Assembly (NCBI RefSeq): GCF_049243625.1
Contig: NZ_CP046975.1
DNA: 32,000 nucleotides
Source: Corynebacterium amycolatum
Lineage (GTDB): Bacteria; Actinomycetota; Actinomycetes; Mycobacteriales; Mycobacteriaceae
Direction: 5' to 3' (one strand)
The position numbers and the translations under genes are program-made. Under the pieces are notes generated by a model. That model saw only the letters and a program-made list of their open reading frames with translations. It was not told where the DNA came from and searched no databases. Position 1 is the first letter of the stretch. Every line of letters starts with the position of its first letter. Positions 19,058-27,566 of this stretch are shown in pieces.

Positions 19058-19239
19058 CCTGCTTCTCCTTTCACACAGCATTCACATGAGCACAGATTTT
19101 CCGCTTCCCCTTAGCGGGATTGACTGCAATTTATCCCCAACCCCGGACTACGCCAGGCATAGTTTCGCACACCTGTTCGACCCGATGTTATTGCAGTAAT
19201 CTCACAACTAAGTTCGTCTAAGTCGCTAATCTGGTCACT

Positions 19240-19851
19240 GTGAAATACAGCGTGGTTCCGATGACAGCAGGGGACTTCAATCTCCGCCTGCAAGAAGCAG
19301 TGGCTCTCTACATCACCGCGATGCAGTACAACCCCGCAATCTTGCCCGGTCGTCTCCATGAATGGCAGAAGCAAACCACTCAACCCGGCTTCATGGCTGC
19401 TGCAGCCATAGCTCACCCCGAAGAGCTCTCCCCTGCCCAGGCTCTCCGCGACCCGCGCTGCAGGTTGGTTGGCATCGGCTACTGCCGCACAGGATTGGAC
19501 ACGCACTGGTGGTATCGCCAGGTAAGAGATGGACTGCTCATGGACGGGCGCTCGCTACCGGACGTCGTCAAGCTCTTGGGAAACTACGCCGAACTGTCTG
19601 AGATTCACATACACCCCAGCTTTCAGGGACGGGGACTCGGTAAACGGCTGCTCCGCGAGTTGGTCGATTCCCGCCCAGAGACGCGAGTTCTGTTGTCAAC
19701 GCCGGAATACCCGAATGAGGCCAATAGGGCATGGCAGCTCTACCGCCAATTTGGTTTCAAGGATGTTTTAAGGAACTTTTATTTCACAGGGGACTCCCGT
19801 CCCTTTGCAGTTCTAGGAGTAGATCTTCCCCGTGACATCATCACCGAGTGA
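19240..19851 (+). CDS. GNAT-family N-acetyltransferase (Rv2170-like)
   Basis: 203 aa. Acetyl-CoA binding motif A (IHIHPSFQGRGLGKRLL). Syntenic with Rv2170 upstream of lppM. The start (GTG 19240 vs ATG 19261) is uncertain because there is no clear SD. Confidence 0.82.
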   Translation: MKYSVVPMTAGDFNLRLQEAVALYITAMQYNPAILPGRLHEWQKQTTQPGFMAAAAIAHPEELSPAQALRDPRCRLVGIGYCRTGLDTHWWYRQVRDGLLMDGRSLPDVVKLLGNYAELSEIHIHPSFQGRGLGKRLLRELVDSRPETRVLLSTPEYPNEANRAWQLYRQFGFKDVLRNFYFTGDSRPFAVLGVDLPRDIITE

Positions 19852-20506
19852 ACCTTCCACACCACGTCGACGGCTTTCGCCTCTGCGCATTACCACAGCA
19901 ATGGCAGGGATTGCCGCCATCTTGCCGCTCAGCGGCTGCTTTGACGCGCAGGCTGGCATTACCATTTCCGGCGACGACAGGGTCTCGGGCACAATTCACG
20001 TAACGCCCACGGAGGAAGTCCGTTCCCAATTTGAGCAGTGGCAAGTGCCGGAAGATCTCTCCGACCGCATCTCACAGGGAGAAATCGACTCCTCCACAGG
20101 AAAGATGGAAGTCTCGTTCAACGAGCTGCACTTCATTGAACTCACCGATACGCTCCGACAGCTTTCCGACGATCGCATAGACATCGACCTAGACCGTACC
20201 GGTGGCGGCAAGATTTCGATGAACGGTCACATGGATTTGACTCACCTGCCCGGTGCGAAGGTTGATTTCGTCGTCGCGTTCCCGGAGCAGGTTACTGACT
20301 CCAATGGCCGCCAGACCGAACCGAACAAGGTGGAGTGGCAGCTCGCCAGTGGCGAGAACCATAATGTATGGGCTTCGTCGCCGGCTGGATCCACCAAGCG
20401 GAATCAATTCCTATTGTTTGCCGGTGTGACCACAGCCGCCGGTGTCCTGGCCTCAGTACTAGGTGTCCTGTGGGCGCGAAGAATCCGCGACATGCAGGAC
20501 TTTTAG
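19832..20506 (+). CDS. lppM: Lipoprotein LppM (Rv2171-like)
   Basis: 224 aa. RRR-containing signal peptide with the lipobox LPLSGC and a C-terminal TM anchor (LLFAGVTTAAGVLASVLGVLWA). Synteny GNAT-lppM-metF as in mycobacteria. Overlaps the GNAT gene by 20 nt. Confidence 0.75.
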   Translation: MTSSPSEPSTPRRRLSPLRITTAMAGIAAILPLSGCFDAQAGITISGDDRVSGTIHVTPTEEVRSQFEQWQVPEDLSDRISQGEIDSSTGKMEVSFNELHFIELTDTLRQLSDDRIDIDLDRTGGGKISMNGHMDLTHLPGAKVDFVVAFPEQVTDSNGRQTEPNKVEWQLASGENHNVWASSPAGSTKRNQFLLFAGVTTAAGVLASVLGVLWARRIRDMQDF

Positions 20507-20509
20507 CAA

Positions 20510-21502
20510 TTAAAAACCGCCGCGCAGCATATCCTGGCCGGTGCCCCATGCGGGTGCCATGCCGAGGTTGTGCAAAACCTCCTGGGAGGCGCGGGCGAAG
20601 TTCATAGTCATAAAGTGCAGCCCCGGCACGCCTTCGGCGATGAGACGCTCTGCCATGTTGGTCGAAAACTCGATACCAATCTTGCGAATCTCATCCTTAT
20701 TGGCCTGCTCGTCACCATCTGCTGCCTTAATCAGGCGTTCCTCCAAATCGGATGGCAACTGAGCCCCTGAGAGCTCAACCTGCCTGCGCACTGAGCGCAG
20801 CGACGTAATCGGCATCAGCCCCGGAATGATGGGCTTGGCACCGTGCACTGGGTCGGCTTCCACCAGGCGGTCTCGAAGGCGCAAGTAGTGCTCAATATCG
20901 AAGAACATCTGAGTAATCGAGTATTCGGCTCCCGCGCGCAGCTTGGCAAGCGTGTACTGCGTGTCATGGTCCAAATCTGGCGAGCGGTAGTGTCCTTCCG
21001 GGAACGACGCAATGCCGATTTCAAATTTTTCGAACTCCGGCTCGGCCTTAATCAGCTCAATCAGCTCGCTGGCGTAGTGCAGACCGCCCTCGGTCTCCAC
21101 CCAAGGACCAAGGGGGTCTCCCGGCGGATCACCACGCAGAACGAGCAGATTCGTCAGCCCCGCGCTGAGGTAAGAACGGAGGATTTCTCGCAGCTCGTCG
21201 ACGGTGTGCTCTACCAATGTCAGGTGCACAAGCGTTGTAAGCGGCTGCTTCGAAACGCGCTGGGCGATTCGCAGGGTGCGGTCGCGGCTAGAACCACCGG
21301 CGCCGTAGGTCACCGATGCAAAGGAGGCGCCAAGATCGTGGAAAGCCTCAGCTGCTCGGAGAAGACGTTCCTCGGCGGCGTCGTCACGCGGGGGCATGAA
21401 CTCGACCGAGAAGGGAATACTGCCCGCGCTCGGCATTGAAAGCGCCTGGCGGATCGTCACTTGGCGGCCTGGCGACAGTGGCATTGTTGAGGACATAGTC
21501 AC
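20510..21502 (-). CDS. metF: 5,10-methylenetetrahydrofolate reductase
   Basis: 330 aa. N-terminal FSVEFMPPR, VTYGAGGSSRDRT and downstream MetF-like segments. The start could be the GTG at 21502 or the ATG at 21496. Confidence 0.9.
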   Translation of the reverse strand: MTMSSTMPLSPGRQVTIRQALSMPSAGSIPFSVEFMPPRDDAAEERLLRAAEAFHDLGASFASVTYGAGGSSRDRTLRIAQRVSKQPLTTLVHLTLVEHTVDELREILRSYLSAGLTNLLVLRGDPPGDPLGPWVETEGGLHYASELIELIKAEPEFEKFEIGIASFPEGHYRSPDLDHDTQYTLAKLRAGAEYSITQMFFDIEHYLRLRDRLVEADPVHGAKPIIPGLMPITSLRSVRRQVELSGAQLPSDLEERLIKAADGDEQANKDEIRKIGIEFSTNMAERLIAEGVPGLHFMTMNFARASQEVLHNLGMAPAWGTGQDMLRGGF

Positions 21503-21562
21503 TCATACTAAGCGGTGTCCTATTCTTGAGTCAGCATTACCCGTCATCGACGAGAGGCTCAC

Positions 21563-22675
21563 ATGAGCGAAGAACTGGATTTGGCCGCGCTGCAGCCCCA
21601 CGAAGTACCAACTGCTGTTACCAAAACGCTGGAGAATTACCTTAAAAGCCGTGGTGACGATGTCGCGTCGGTCGATGCGGGGTACACCGAGGCCATAGAT
21701 TCGCTCCACTCCTTCGTCCTCAATGGGGGCAAGCGCGTGCGTCCAGCCTTCGCCTGGCAGGGATGGTTGGGAGCAGGCGGCCTCGAAGGCCGTTTCTCCC
21801 CAGCCGAGGATTCCCAGGCTGTGATGAAGGCGGTGAGTGCCCTGGAACTCATTCAAGCCTGCGCACTCATTCATGACGACATCATCGATGACGCTGATAC
21901 GCGCCGTGGCGCACCGACTATCCACAAGGTATTCGAGGCCAAGCACGAGGCCAATAGCTGGAATGGAGCCGCCGACCGCTTCGGTATTTCCGCCGCGATT
22001 CTCATTGGCGATGTCGCTTTGACCTGGGCTGATGACATGATGCACTCGTCAGGCCTCAGCTCGGAGGCACTAACCCGCGCACTTGTCCCCTGGCGGGCGA
22101 TGCGCACTGAAGTACTTGGCGGCCAACTGCTCGATATCACGGCCGAAGCCAGCCGGGACAGTCGCGTCGAGACCGCTGAGAAAATCAATCTGTTCAAGAC
22201 CGCCGCCTACACGATCGAGCGGCCTCTCCACATTGGTGCCGCGATTGCCGGCGCGCCAGCGGAATTGGTTGAGGCCTACCGCAGCTTCGGCCGCGACATC
22301 GGTGTGGCATTCCAGCTCCGCGACGATCAGCTGGGCGTTTTCGGCGATCCCGAAGTCACGGGCAAGCCCGCCGGCGATGACCTCCGCGAGGGCAAGCGAA
22401 CTGTCCTAGTCGGCCAGGCCTTAAGCCTCTACCGAGATTCCGCACCTGAAAAGGCCCGCTTTATCGATGAACGCCTGGGAACAGTCTCGTCTGCTGCAGA
22501 AATCGATGAGCTACGCAATCTCATCGCTGAATCCGGCGCTGCCGATGCCGTCGAACGTGAAATTGACCGCCTGACCAGCCGCGCTTTCACCACTATCGAG
22601 AATGCCGACCTGCCTGCAACCTCGCGCGAAAACCTCATTGCTATGGGCCTTCGCGCCACCGCTCGTCAGCATTAG
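21563..22675 (+). CDS. idsA: Polyprenyl (geranylgeranyl) diphosphate synthase
   Basis: 370 aa. First Asp-rich motif LIHDDIIDDADTRRG and second FQLRDDQLGVFGD. Positional equivalent of C. glutamicum idsA / M. tuberculosis idsA2 (Rv2173). Chain length of the product is not deducible here. Confidence 0.88.
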   Translation: MSEELDLAALQPHEVPTAVTKTLENYLKSRGDDVASVDAGYTEAIDSLHSFVLNGGKRVRPAFAWQGWLGAGGLEGRFSPAEDSQAVMKAVSALELIQACALIHDDIIDDADTRRGAPTIHKVFEAKHEANSWNGAADRFGISAAILIGDVALTWADDMMHSSGLSSEALTRALVPWRAMRTEVLGGQLLDITAEASRDSRVETAEKINLFKTAAYTIERPLHIGAAIAGAPAELVEAYRSFGRDIGVAFQLRDDQLGVFGDPEVTGKPAGDDLREGKRTVLVGQALSLYRDSAPEKARFIDERLGTVSSAAEIDELRNLIAESGAADAVEREIDRLTSRAFTTIENADLPATSRENLIAMGLRATARQH

Positions 22676-22693
22676 GCCAGGTGTTGCGTAGTC

Positions 22694-24394
22694 ATGCCCG
22701 CTGCTTCCCCCACTCGTGCCCCCAGTAATTCCCCGCGCCTGCGACGTGCGGTCACTCGTCCTCATAAGGGCACCAAACCACGACTGACGATTATCGGCGC
22801 AGGTCTGTCTGGACTTACCGCCGCGCTCTACGCCATCGCCGATGGCTACGATGTCACCGTTGTCGAGCGGGAAAGTTTCGTCGGCGGACGCTGCGCCAGT
22901 GAACCCGTCACCGTCGACATCGACGAGCAATCGCTCACCGCAGTCTTCGACACTGGCGCAACTGTATGGACCATGCCCTCGCTTGTCGACGATGCCCTCG
23001 CCGCCGTCGGCCTCTACGCGCGCGATATCGACCCGGGTTTTTCGGCCTCCCCAATCACGCCCACCTACCGTGCGGAATTTGCCACCCGCGGCGGGCTCGA
23101 CGTGTTTTCCAACGAAGACATGATGGCCGATGAGCTCGCCCGCTTCGGCGCCTCTGACTCCACCGTCACCGGCTACCGCAAACTCCGCACGTGGCTGCAA
23201 AGTCTCTTCAATGCCTGCTTCGACAACTTCATGTCCCGCAGCTTTGACCGCGTTACGGACCTATTCACCGGGCCCGGCGCGCTTCGCGACCTCACTACGC
23301 TCCTCCGACTCGGTGCCTTCGGCGCCCTCGAACCTAAGATTCGTGCCTTCCTCGGAGATAATGATCTCGCTCGCGTTTTCAGCTTCCAGGCGCTTTACGC
23401 AGGTGTACCTCCTGCTAAGGCCCGTGCGGTCTACGGCTGCATTTCCCACATGGATACCTCGATGGGGGTTTACTATCCACACTCCCCCGCATTCGGGTCG
23501 GGTATAGGCGCCGTCAGCGAACTGCTCGCCGAGGCCGTCCGCCGAGCTGGCGGAACCATCGACTTCGGCGTTGAAGTCACTGGACTGAAAGTCGACGAGG
23601 CAGGCTTTGTCTCCGCCATCACCACATCAACTGGCGAGCGTCCCGCCGATGCCGTCATCGCTACTACCGATTTACCTGTGGTGCAGAGCTGGCTTCACGA
23701 CGCGACTACCTCTGCCGCCAGTAGCTCATCGAAGCGGCGAGGCCTTCGGAGCGTCGTAAAGCGGACAGGAGCGCGGCGGCTGTTCCCGGTTCGATTTTCC
23801 CCATCGGCGGTGGTGGCGCACGGACTGATTCCGGTTTCGGAGACGACGACGTGGCCGAAACGGCATCACCTGATTTCCTTTGGCGAAAAGTGGAACGAGA
23901 CCTTTGAAGAAATCTCGTCACCGCGTCATGGAAAGCTAATGTCGGACCCGTCATTGCTGGTCACCCGGCCTGCGGTGAGCGCGCCGGAGCGTATCGTCAC
24001 AGATGCGAACGGCGTGCAGTGGGAGCCCGTCAGCGTGCTCGCGCCGTGCCCCAACTTGCAGTCGGCCAATCTGATTTGGTCGCGAATCGGTGGGAACTAC
24101 GTCGCGAACATAACCGCTGAGCTGGAGCGGCGCGGACTGACCGGGATCTCTACGAAGTGGCGAGTCGGTCGGATCGATACCCCTCAACAGTGGCAAGAAC
24201 GTGACATGGGCGTTGGCTCGCCGTTTGGGCTGGCGCATCTGTTCCGACAGACGGGGCCATTCCGCCCCCGCAACTTCTCTCCGAAGATGCCAAAGAATCT
24301 GACGCTGGCAGGATCGACGACGGTACCGGGAGTTGGCGTGCCGACGGTCATGATTTCTGGACGACTTGCGGCACAGCGGTTTGAAACGCCTTAG
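22694..24394 (+). CDS. Phytoene desaturase-family FAD-dependent oxidoreductase (CrtI-like)
   Basis: 566 aa. N-terminal dinucleotide fold IIGAGLSGLTAALYAIADGYDVTVVERESFVGGR and a C-terminal CrtI-type signature LAGSTTVPGVGVPTVMISG. Contains a Ser/Arg-rich insertion (TSAASSSSKRRGLRSVVKRTGARR). Starts 18 nt after the idsA stop. Confidence 0.72.
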   Translation: MPAASPTRAPSNSPRLRRAVTRPHKGTKPRLTIIGAGLSGLTAALYAIADGYDVTVVERESFVGGRCASEPVTVDIDEQSLTAVFDTGATVWTMPSLVDDALAAVGLYARDIDPGFSASPITPTYRAEFATRGGLDVFSNEDMMADELARFGASDSTVTGYRKLRTWLQSLFNACFDNFMSRSFDRVTDLFTGPGALRDLTTLLRLGAFGALEPKIRAFLGDNDLARVFSFQALYAGVPPAKARAVYGCISHMDTSMGVYYPHSPAFGSGIGAVSELLAEAVRRAGGTIDFGVEVTGLKVDEAGFVSAITTSTGERPADAVIATTDLPVVQSWLHDATTSAASSSSKRRGLRSVVKRTGARRLFPVRFSPSAVVAHGLIPVSETTTWPKRHHLISFGEKWNETFEEISSPRHGKLMSDPSLLVTRPAVSAPERIVTDANGVQWEPVSVLAPCPNLQSANLIWSRIGGNYVANITAELERRGLTGISTKWRVGRIDTPQQWQERDMGVGSPFGLAHLFRQTGPFRPRNFSPKMPKNLTLAGSTTVPGVGVPTVMISGRLAAQRFETP

Positions 24395-24480
24395 CTCCTG
24401 AATGTCTCCCGGATGTCTGCCGGTGGTCACTGACCAACTAGGATTAATGCATCAGCAATGTATCGATTGTTTAGGTTGAC

Positions 24481-26097
24481 ATGAATTTATCGCGGAGTGC
24501 TCAGCTGGGTGTCTACGGTGGCATCCTCATTGCTCTGGGCTCCTACGGTTCCGGTGCGAACCGCTACCGTGGCGGCCTTGTCCACGCTCTGGGACTTGAC
24601 TGGATTACCTACGGTCACGGTCAGATTTTCTGTGAGATTGTGATTTGGGTAGGTATCGCCCTGCTGCTTATCTCGTGGCTGCGCATCGGGCGGGAACTGC
24701 TGTTCTCGAAGGGGACTATCCGGGACATTGTGGCTGGTTCTGCCCCTTCTGGAGCCACAGCAGATGCTATGGCGATAGCGAGCACTGGCGGCGATGAGTC
24801 CACGTTGCGCCGGTTTAATTCAATCCTGTTGGCCTGGGCAATCCCCCTCGCGCTGGCCGCACCGCTGTTCTCTCGCGATGTCTATTCGTATCTCATGCAG
24901 GGCGCGATGGTCCGCGATGGGTTTGATCCCTACACCGAGGGAGCTGCAGCCAATCCAGGGCCAATGCTGCTGGAGGTATCCGCAGACTGGCGGAACACCA
25001 CCACCCCATATGGCCCGCTGCATCTGGGAATTGGCGAGGTCATCACGCGGATTGTCGGCGACAACATCACCGTCGGTGTGATTCTATACCGCATGGTGTG
25101 CCTGCTGGGCTTCGCCGCCATTGTCTGGTCGATCCCGCGAATCGCCCGGGAGCTTGGAGCAAATCCGGCTTTCGCACAGTGGCTCGGAGTGCTCAATCCA
25201 CTGGTGCTACTGCATCTGATTGCGGGTATGCACAACGAAGCACTGATGGTCGGCTTGGTCAGCTTGGCGCTCGTCGCCGCACTGTGCATGGAGCGGTTGC
25301 CGGGTGGTCTGATCGCTGCTGTCCTCATCGGAATCGGCGTCGCTCTGAAAGCCACCGCTGTCTTGGCGCTGCCCTTCGTCGTGTGGATCGTGCTGACTAG
25401 GAGCGAGCCCATCACCACGCTTCATAAGATGCTGCGGAAGATTCCGGCGATTGCCGGTGTTGGCATCGTGTTGGTCGCAGTCTGCGTCGGCACGCTTGCG
25501 GTGGTGACCTGGCTGACCGGTTCAAGCTGGGGCTGGATCTCCGAAATCAGTGGCAATACCAAGGTGATTAACCCACTGGCAGCACCGTCAGCGGTCGCTG
25601 GTGTGACCTCCGGCGTCATGGCGTGGTTCAACGACGACATCGGTTTCAACATCATCGTCAGCCACACACGCGTGGTCTCCTCTGTCATCATGCTGGTGGG
25701 GCTCGTGATTTCCTGGTTCTACTTCCGATCCACCCCTCGTAACAATGTCGCTGGCATGATTGCCGCCTATGTGGTGGCCTGCGTCTTTAATGCCGTGGCA
25801 CTGCCCTGGTACTACGCCAGCTTGTTGACTCCCATGGGAACAATTCGCCCGCCACGATGGGTGATTCAAGGCACCGTGTTGTTCACATTCATCCTGTCAC
25901 TGTCGTTCGCCGGCGGCGGCAATCACCGCTTCTACGACGTGCCCTGGATGGTTATCATCACCGTTCTCGGCTGGTTGGCCGTCAGCTGGCTGACCACTGG
26001 AAAATTCAGCTGGAAGTACCCGTGGCGCGACGATAAAACCGCCGCAGACACGGATTCCACGGCGGCGCCCCTGCCGCGGTCGACCGAGGTCACATAG
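24481..26097 (+). CDS. mptA: Polyprenol-phosphate-mannose-dependent alpha-(1->6)-mannosyltransferase (GT-C), MptA-like
   Basis: 538 aa polytopic membrane protein with the early-loop motif SRDVYSYLMQGAMVRDGFDPY characteristic of the MptA/MptB family. Positional equivalent of Rv2174 downstream of idsA. Confidence 0.78.
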   Translation: MNLSRSAQLGVYGGILIALGSYGSGANRYRGGLVHALGLDWITYGHGQIFCEIVIWVGIALLLISWLRIGRELLFSKGTIRDIVAGSAPSGATADAMAIASTGGDESTLRRFNSILLAWAIPLALAAPLFSRDVYSYLMQGAMVRDGFDPYTEGAAANPGPMLLEVSADWRNTTTPYGPLHLGIGEVITRIVGDNITVGVILYRMVCLLGFAAIVWSIPRIARELGANPAFAQWLGVLNPLVLLHLIAGMHNEALMVGLVSLALVAALCMERLPGGLIAAVLIGIGVALKATAVLALPFVVWIVLTRSEPITTLHKMLRKIPAIAGVGIVLVAVCVGTLAVVTWLTGSSWGWISEISGNTKVINPLAAPSAVAGVTSGVMAWFNDDIGFNIIVSHTRVVSSVIMLVGLVISWFYFRSTPRNNVAGMIAAYVVACVFNAVALPWYYASLLTPMGTIRPPRWVIQGTVLFTFILSLSFAGGGNHRFYDVPWMVIITVLGWLAVSWLTTGKFSWKYPWRDDKTAADTDSTAAPLPRSTEVT

Positions 26098-27084
26098 TTG
26101 TCCATGCCCACCCCACAGCCTCTCTCAACCATCGCGCTGCCACAGTCCTACGAGCTCTGCCGCGATATTATGGCCTCCCACGGCCGCACGTATTCCCTGG
26201 CCACGAGGCTTTTGACACCCCGCCAACAGCGTGCGGTGTGGTCTCTCTACGCCTGGGCGCGCATTGTCGATGACTACGTCGACTGCCCCGCCGATGCCGA
26301 CCGCTCGCCCACGCACATCGAAGCCACGGTCACACGCTTGAGCGAGCTTTTCCACTCAGCTGTCGTCATCGGTTCGCTTGACGACGTCCACCGCGACCGC
26401 GACCGTGCCGTCATCTCGGCGGCCGCACAGACTTTTCGCGACTACGACATCGATCCACAGCTCTCTGCGGACTTTGTTCACTCCATGCTGATGGACGTGC
26501 CCGACACATCCTGCCATATTGCACATTTTGAAACATGGGAGCAGCTCGACTCGTATATGTGGGGCTCCGCAGCAGTCATCGGCCTTGAGATGATGCCCAT
26601 CCTAGGCACCCGCACAGGGGTCTCCTGTGAGGAAGCCACCCCCTACGCAGAGTGCCTGGGAAAAGCCTTTCAGGTGACAAATTTCCTCCGCGACATCGCC
26701 GAGGATTTTCGCCGTGACCGTATTTACCTACCGCTGAATGAGTGGGAGGCCTTCGGAGTGGGTACCGAGGAAATCGGCTACTGCGCCGCCACGGGACAGA
26801 CGACCCCGGCGGTACGTCAGGCATTGGCCTACTTCATCGCTCGCAACCGCGCGCTCTATGCCGAAGCCAGCAGCGGCGTGGACATGTTGGGGGTGCCAGG
26901 GCGTCAGGCTATCCGTGCCGCGGAGATTCTCTACTCTGATATTCTCGGCGAAATTGAGCGCATGAACTACAACGTCTTTGCGCAACGCGCTCACGTAGGA
27001 CGCGCTCGAAAAGCAAAAATCGCCCTCCCACTGCTTTTCACAGCAGTGGCCGGGCGATTACGACAGGAGCTATCGGGGACGTAG
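26098..27084 (+). CDS. Phytoene/squalene synthase-family protein (CrtB-like)
   Basis: 328 aa. Asp-rich motifs YAWARIVDDYVD and NFLRDIAEDFRRDRIYLP typical of head-to-head prenyl synthases. The TTG at 26098 abuts the mptA stop (TAGTTG) with GAGG 8 nt upstream; the ATG at 26104 is an alternative start. Confidence 0.8.
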   Translation: MSMPTPQPLSTIALPQSYELCRDIMASHGRTYSLATRLLTPRQQRAVWSLYAWARIVDDYVDCPADADRSPTHIEATVTRLSELFHSAVVIGSLDDVHRDRDRAVISAAAQTFRDYDIDPQLSADFVHSMLMDVPDTSCHIAHFETWEQLDSYMWGSAAVIGLEMMPILGTRTGVSCEEATPYAECLGKAFQVTNFLRDIAEDFRRDRIYLPLNEWEAFGVGTEEIGYCAATGQTTPAVRQALAYFIARNRALYAEASSGVDMLGVPGRQAIRAAEILYSDILGEIERMNYNVFAQRAHVGRARKAKIALPLLFTAVAGRLRQELSGT

Positions 27085-27112
27085 GACGCGGGCGTGGGAC
27101 GCCGTCCGGGTT

Positions 27113-27523
27113 TTACAACGCCATAGCCTGTGCGCGGCGCATCACTTCGCGAGCGAGGTGACCGTGCAGGGCATCCACCGGACGCCCAGGCAGAGAATCA
27201 TCTTCGGAAAACAGCCACTCCAGCGCTTCCTCTCGCGAGTAGCCTCCGTCGGCAAGCAAAGCGAGTGCGCCGGGAACAAAACGAGCGACTTCGTCGCCCT
27301 CGAAGAAGCGAGCGGGAATTTGTGGGATGCCATCGCGGTTGACTGCAATAAGGCGCCCCTCCTGCAGCAATGCGTGAATACGGGTGACAGCGACACCAAT
27401 GAGGTCGGCGGCATCGGGCAGCGCAAGAGTGGGTTCGTCGGTGCTGAGGACATCGTGGCAAGTTGGAATCTTTCTCACACTGGTCACTTTAGCGCGTTGG
27501 CTTCGCGGTAGGTACGTCCCCAT
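27113..27523 (-). CDS. Rv2175c-like helix-turn-helix DNA-binding protein (known PknL substrate family)
   Basis: 136 aa. Colinear with my recollection of Rv2175c (…IPxxDDVLxxDEPT…LPxxAELLGV…, C-terminal VDALHxHxAREVxRRAQAMA). Divergent from pknL, as in M. tuberculosis. Confidence 0.8.
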   Translation of the reverse strand: MGTYLPRSQRAKVTSVRKIPTCHDVLSTDEPTLALPDAADLIGVAVTRIHALLQEGRLIAVNRDGIPQIPARFFEGDEVARFVPGALALLADGGYSREEALEWLFSEDDSLPGRPVDALHGHLAREVMRRAQAMAL

Positions 27524-27566
27524 ATACTTGTTGGAAGCAACTGATTGGAATAGGGAAGGCTGGTTT

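Noticed and set aside
18566-19081. The HEPN-like protein next to a small membrane protein and a GNAT as a possible toxin-antitoxin or defence module.
   Set aside because: The protein has no histidine, so no Rx4-6H active site. The genes are not in a single tight operon: the GNAT is divergent and the DUF3040 gene is separated by about 230 nt. The block is syntenic core genome in Corynebacteriales rather than an accessory island.
19123-19197. An 8-bp inverted repeat ACTGCAAT (19123-19130) / ATTGCAGT (19190-19197) in the divergent HEPN-like/GNAT intergenic region. A second one, ATTGTT-N11-AACAAT, lies at 18497-18519 upstream of the DUF3040 gene.
   Set aside because: The arms are short and either widely spaced (59 nt) or AT-only. 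This is compatible with chance in AT-richer intergenic DNA. No second copy or phasing supports an operator call.
27081-27112. A possible terminator hairpin (GGACG...CGTCC followed by GGGTTTTA) between the convergent crtB-like and Rv2175c-like genes.
   Set aside because: The stem is imperfect and only about 5 bp are unambiguous, and the U-tract is 4 nt. This is too weak to report as a feature.
27384-27566. A 61-codon upstream extension of the pknL ORF overlapping the divergent Rv2175c-like gene.
   Set aside because: The kinase subdomain I sequence begins right after the ATG at 27567, which has a GGAAGG RBS. The extension would overlap most of the N-terminus of a well-supported gene on the other strand.
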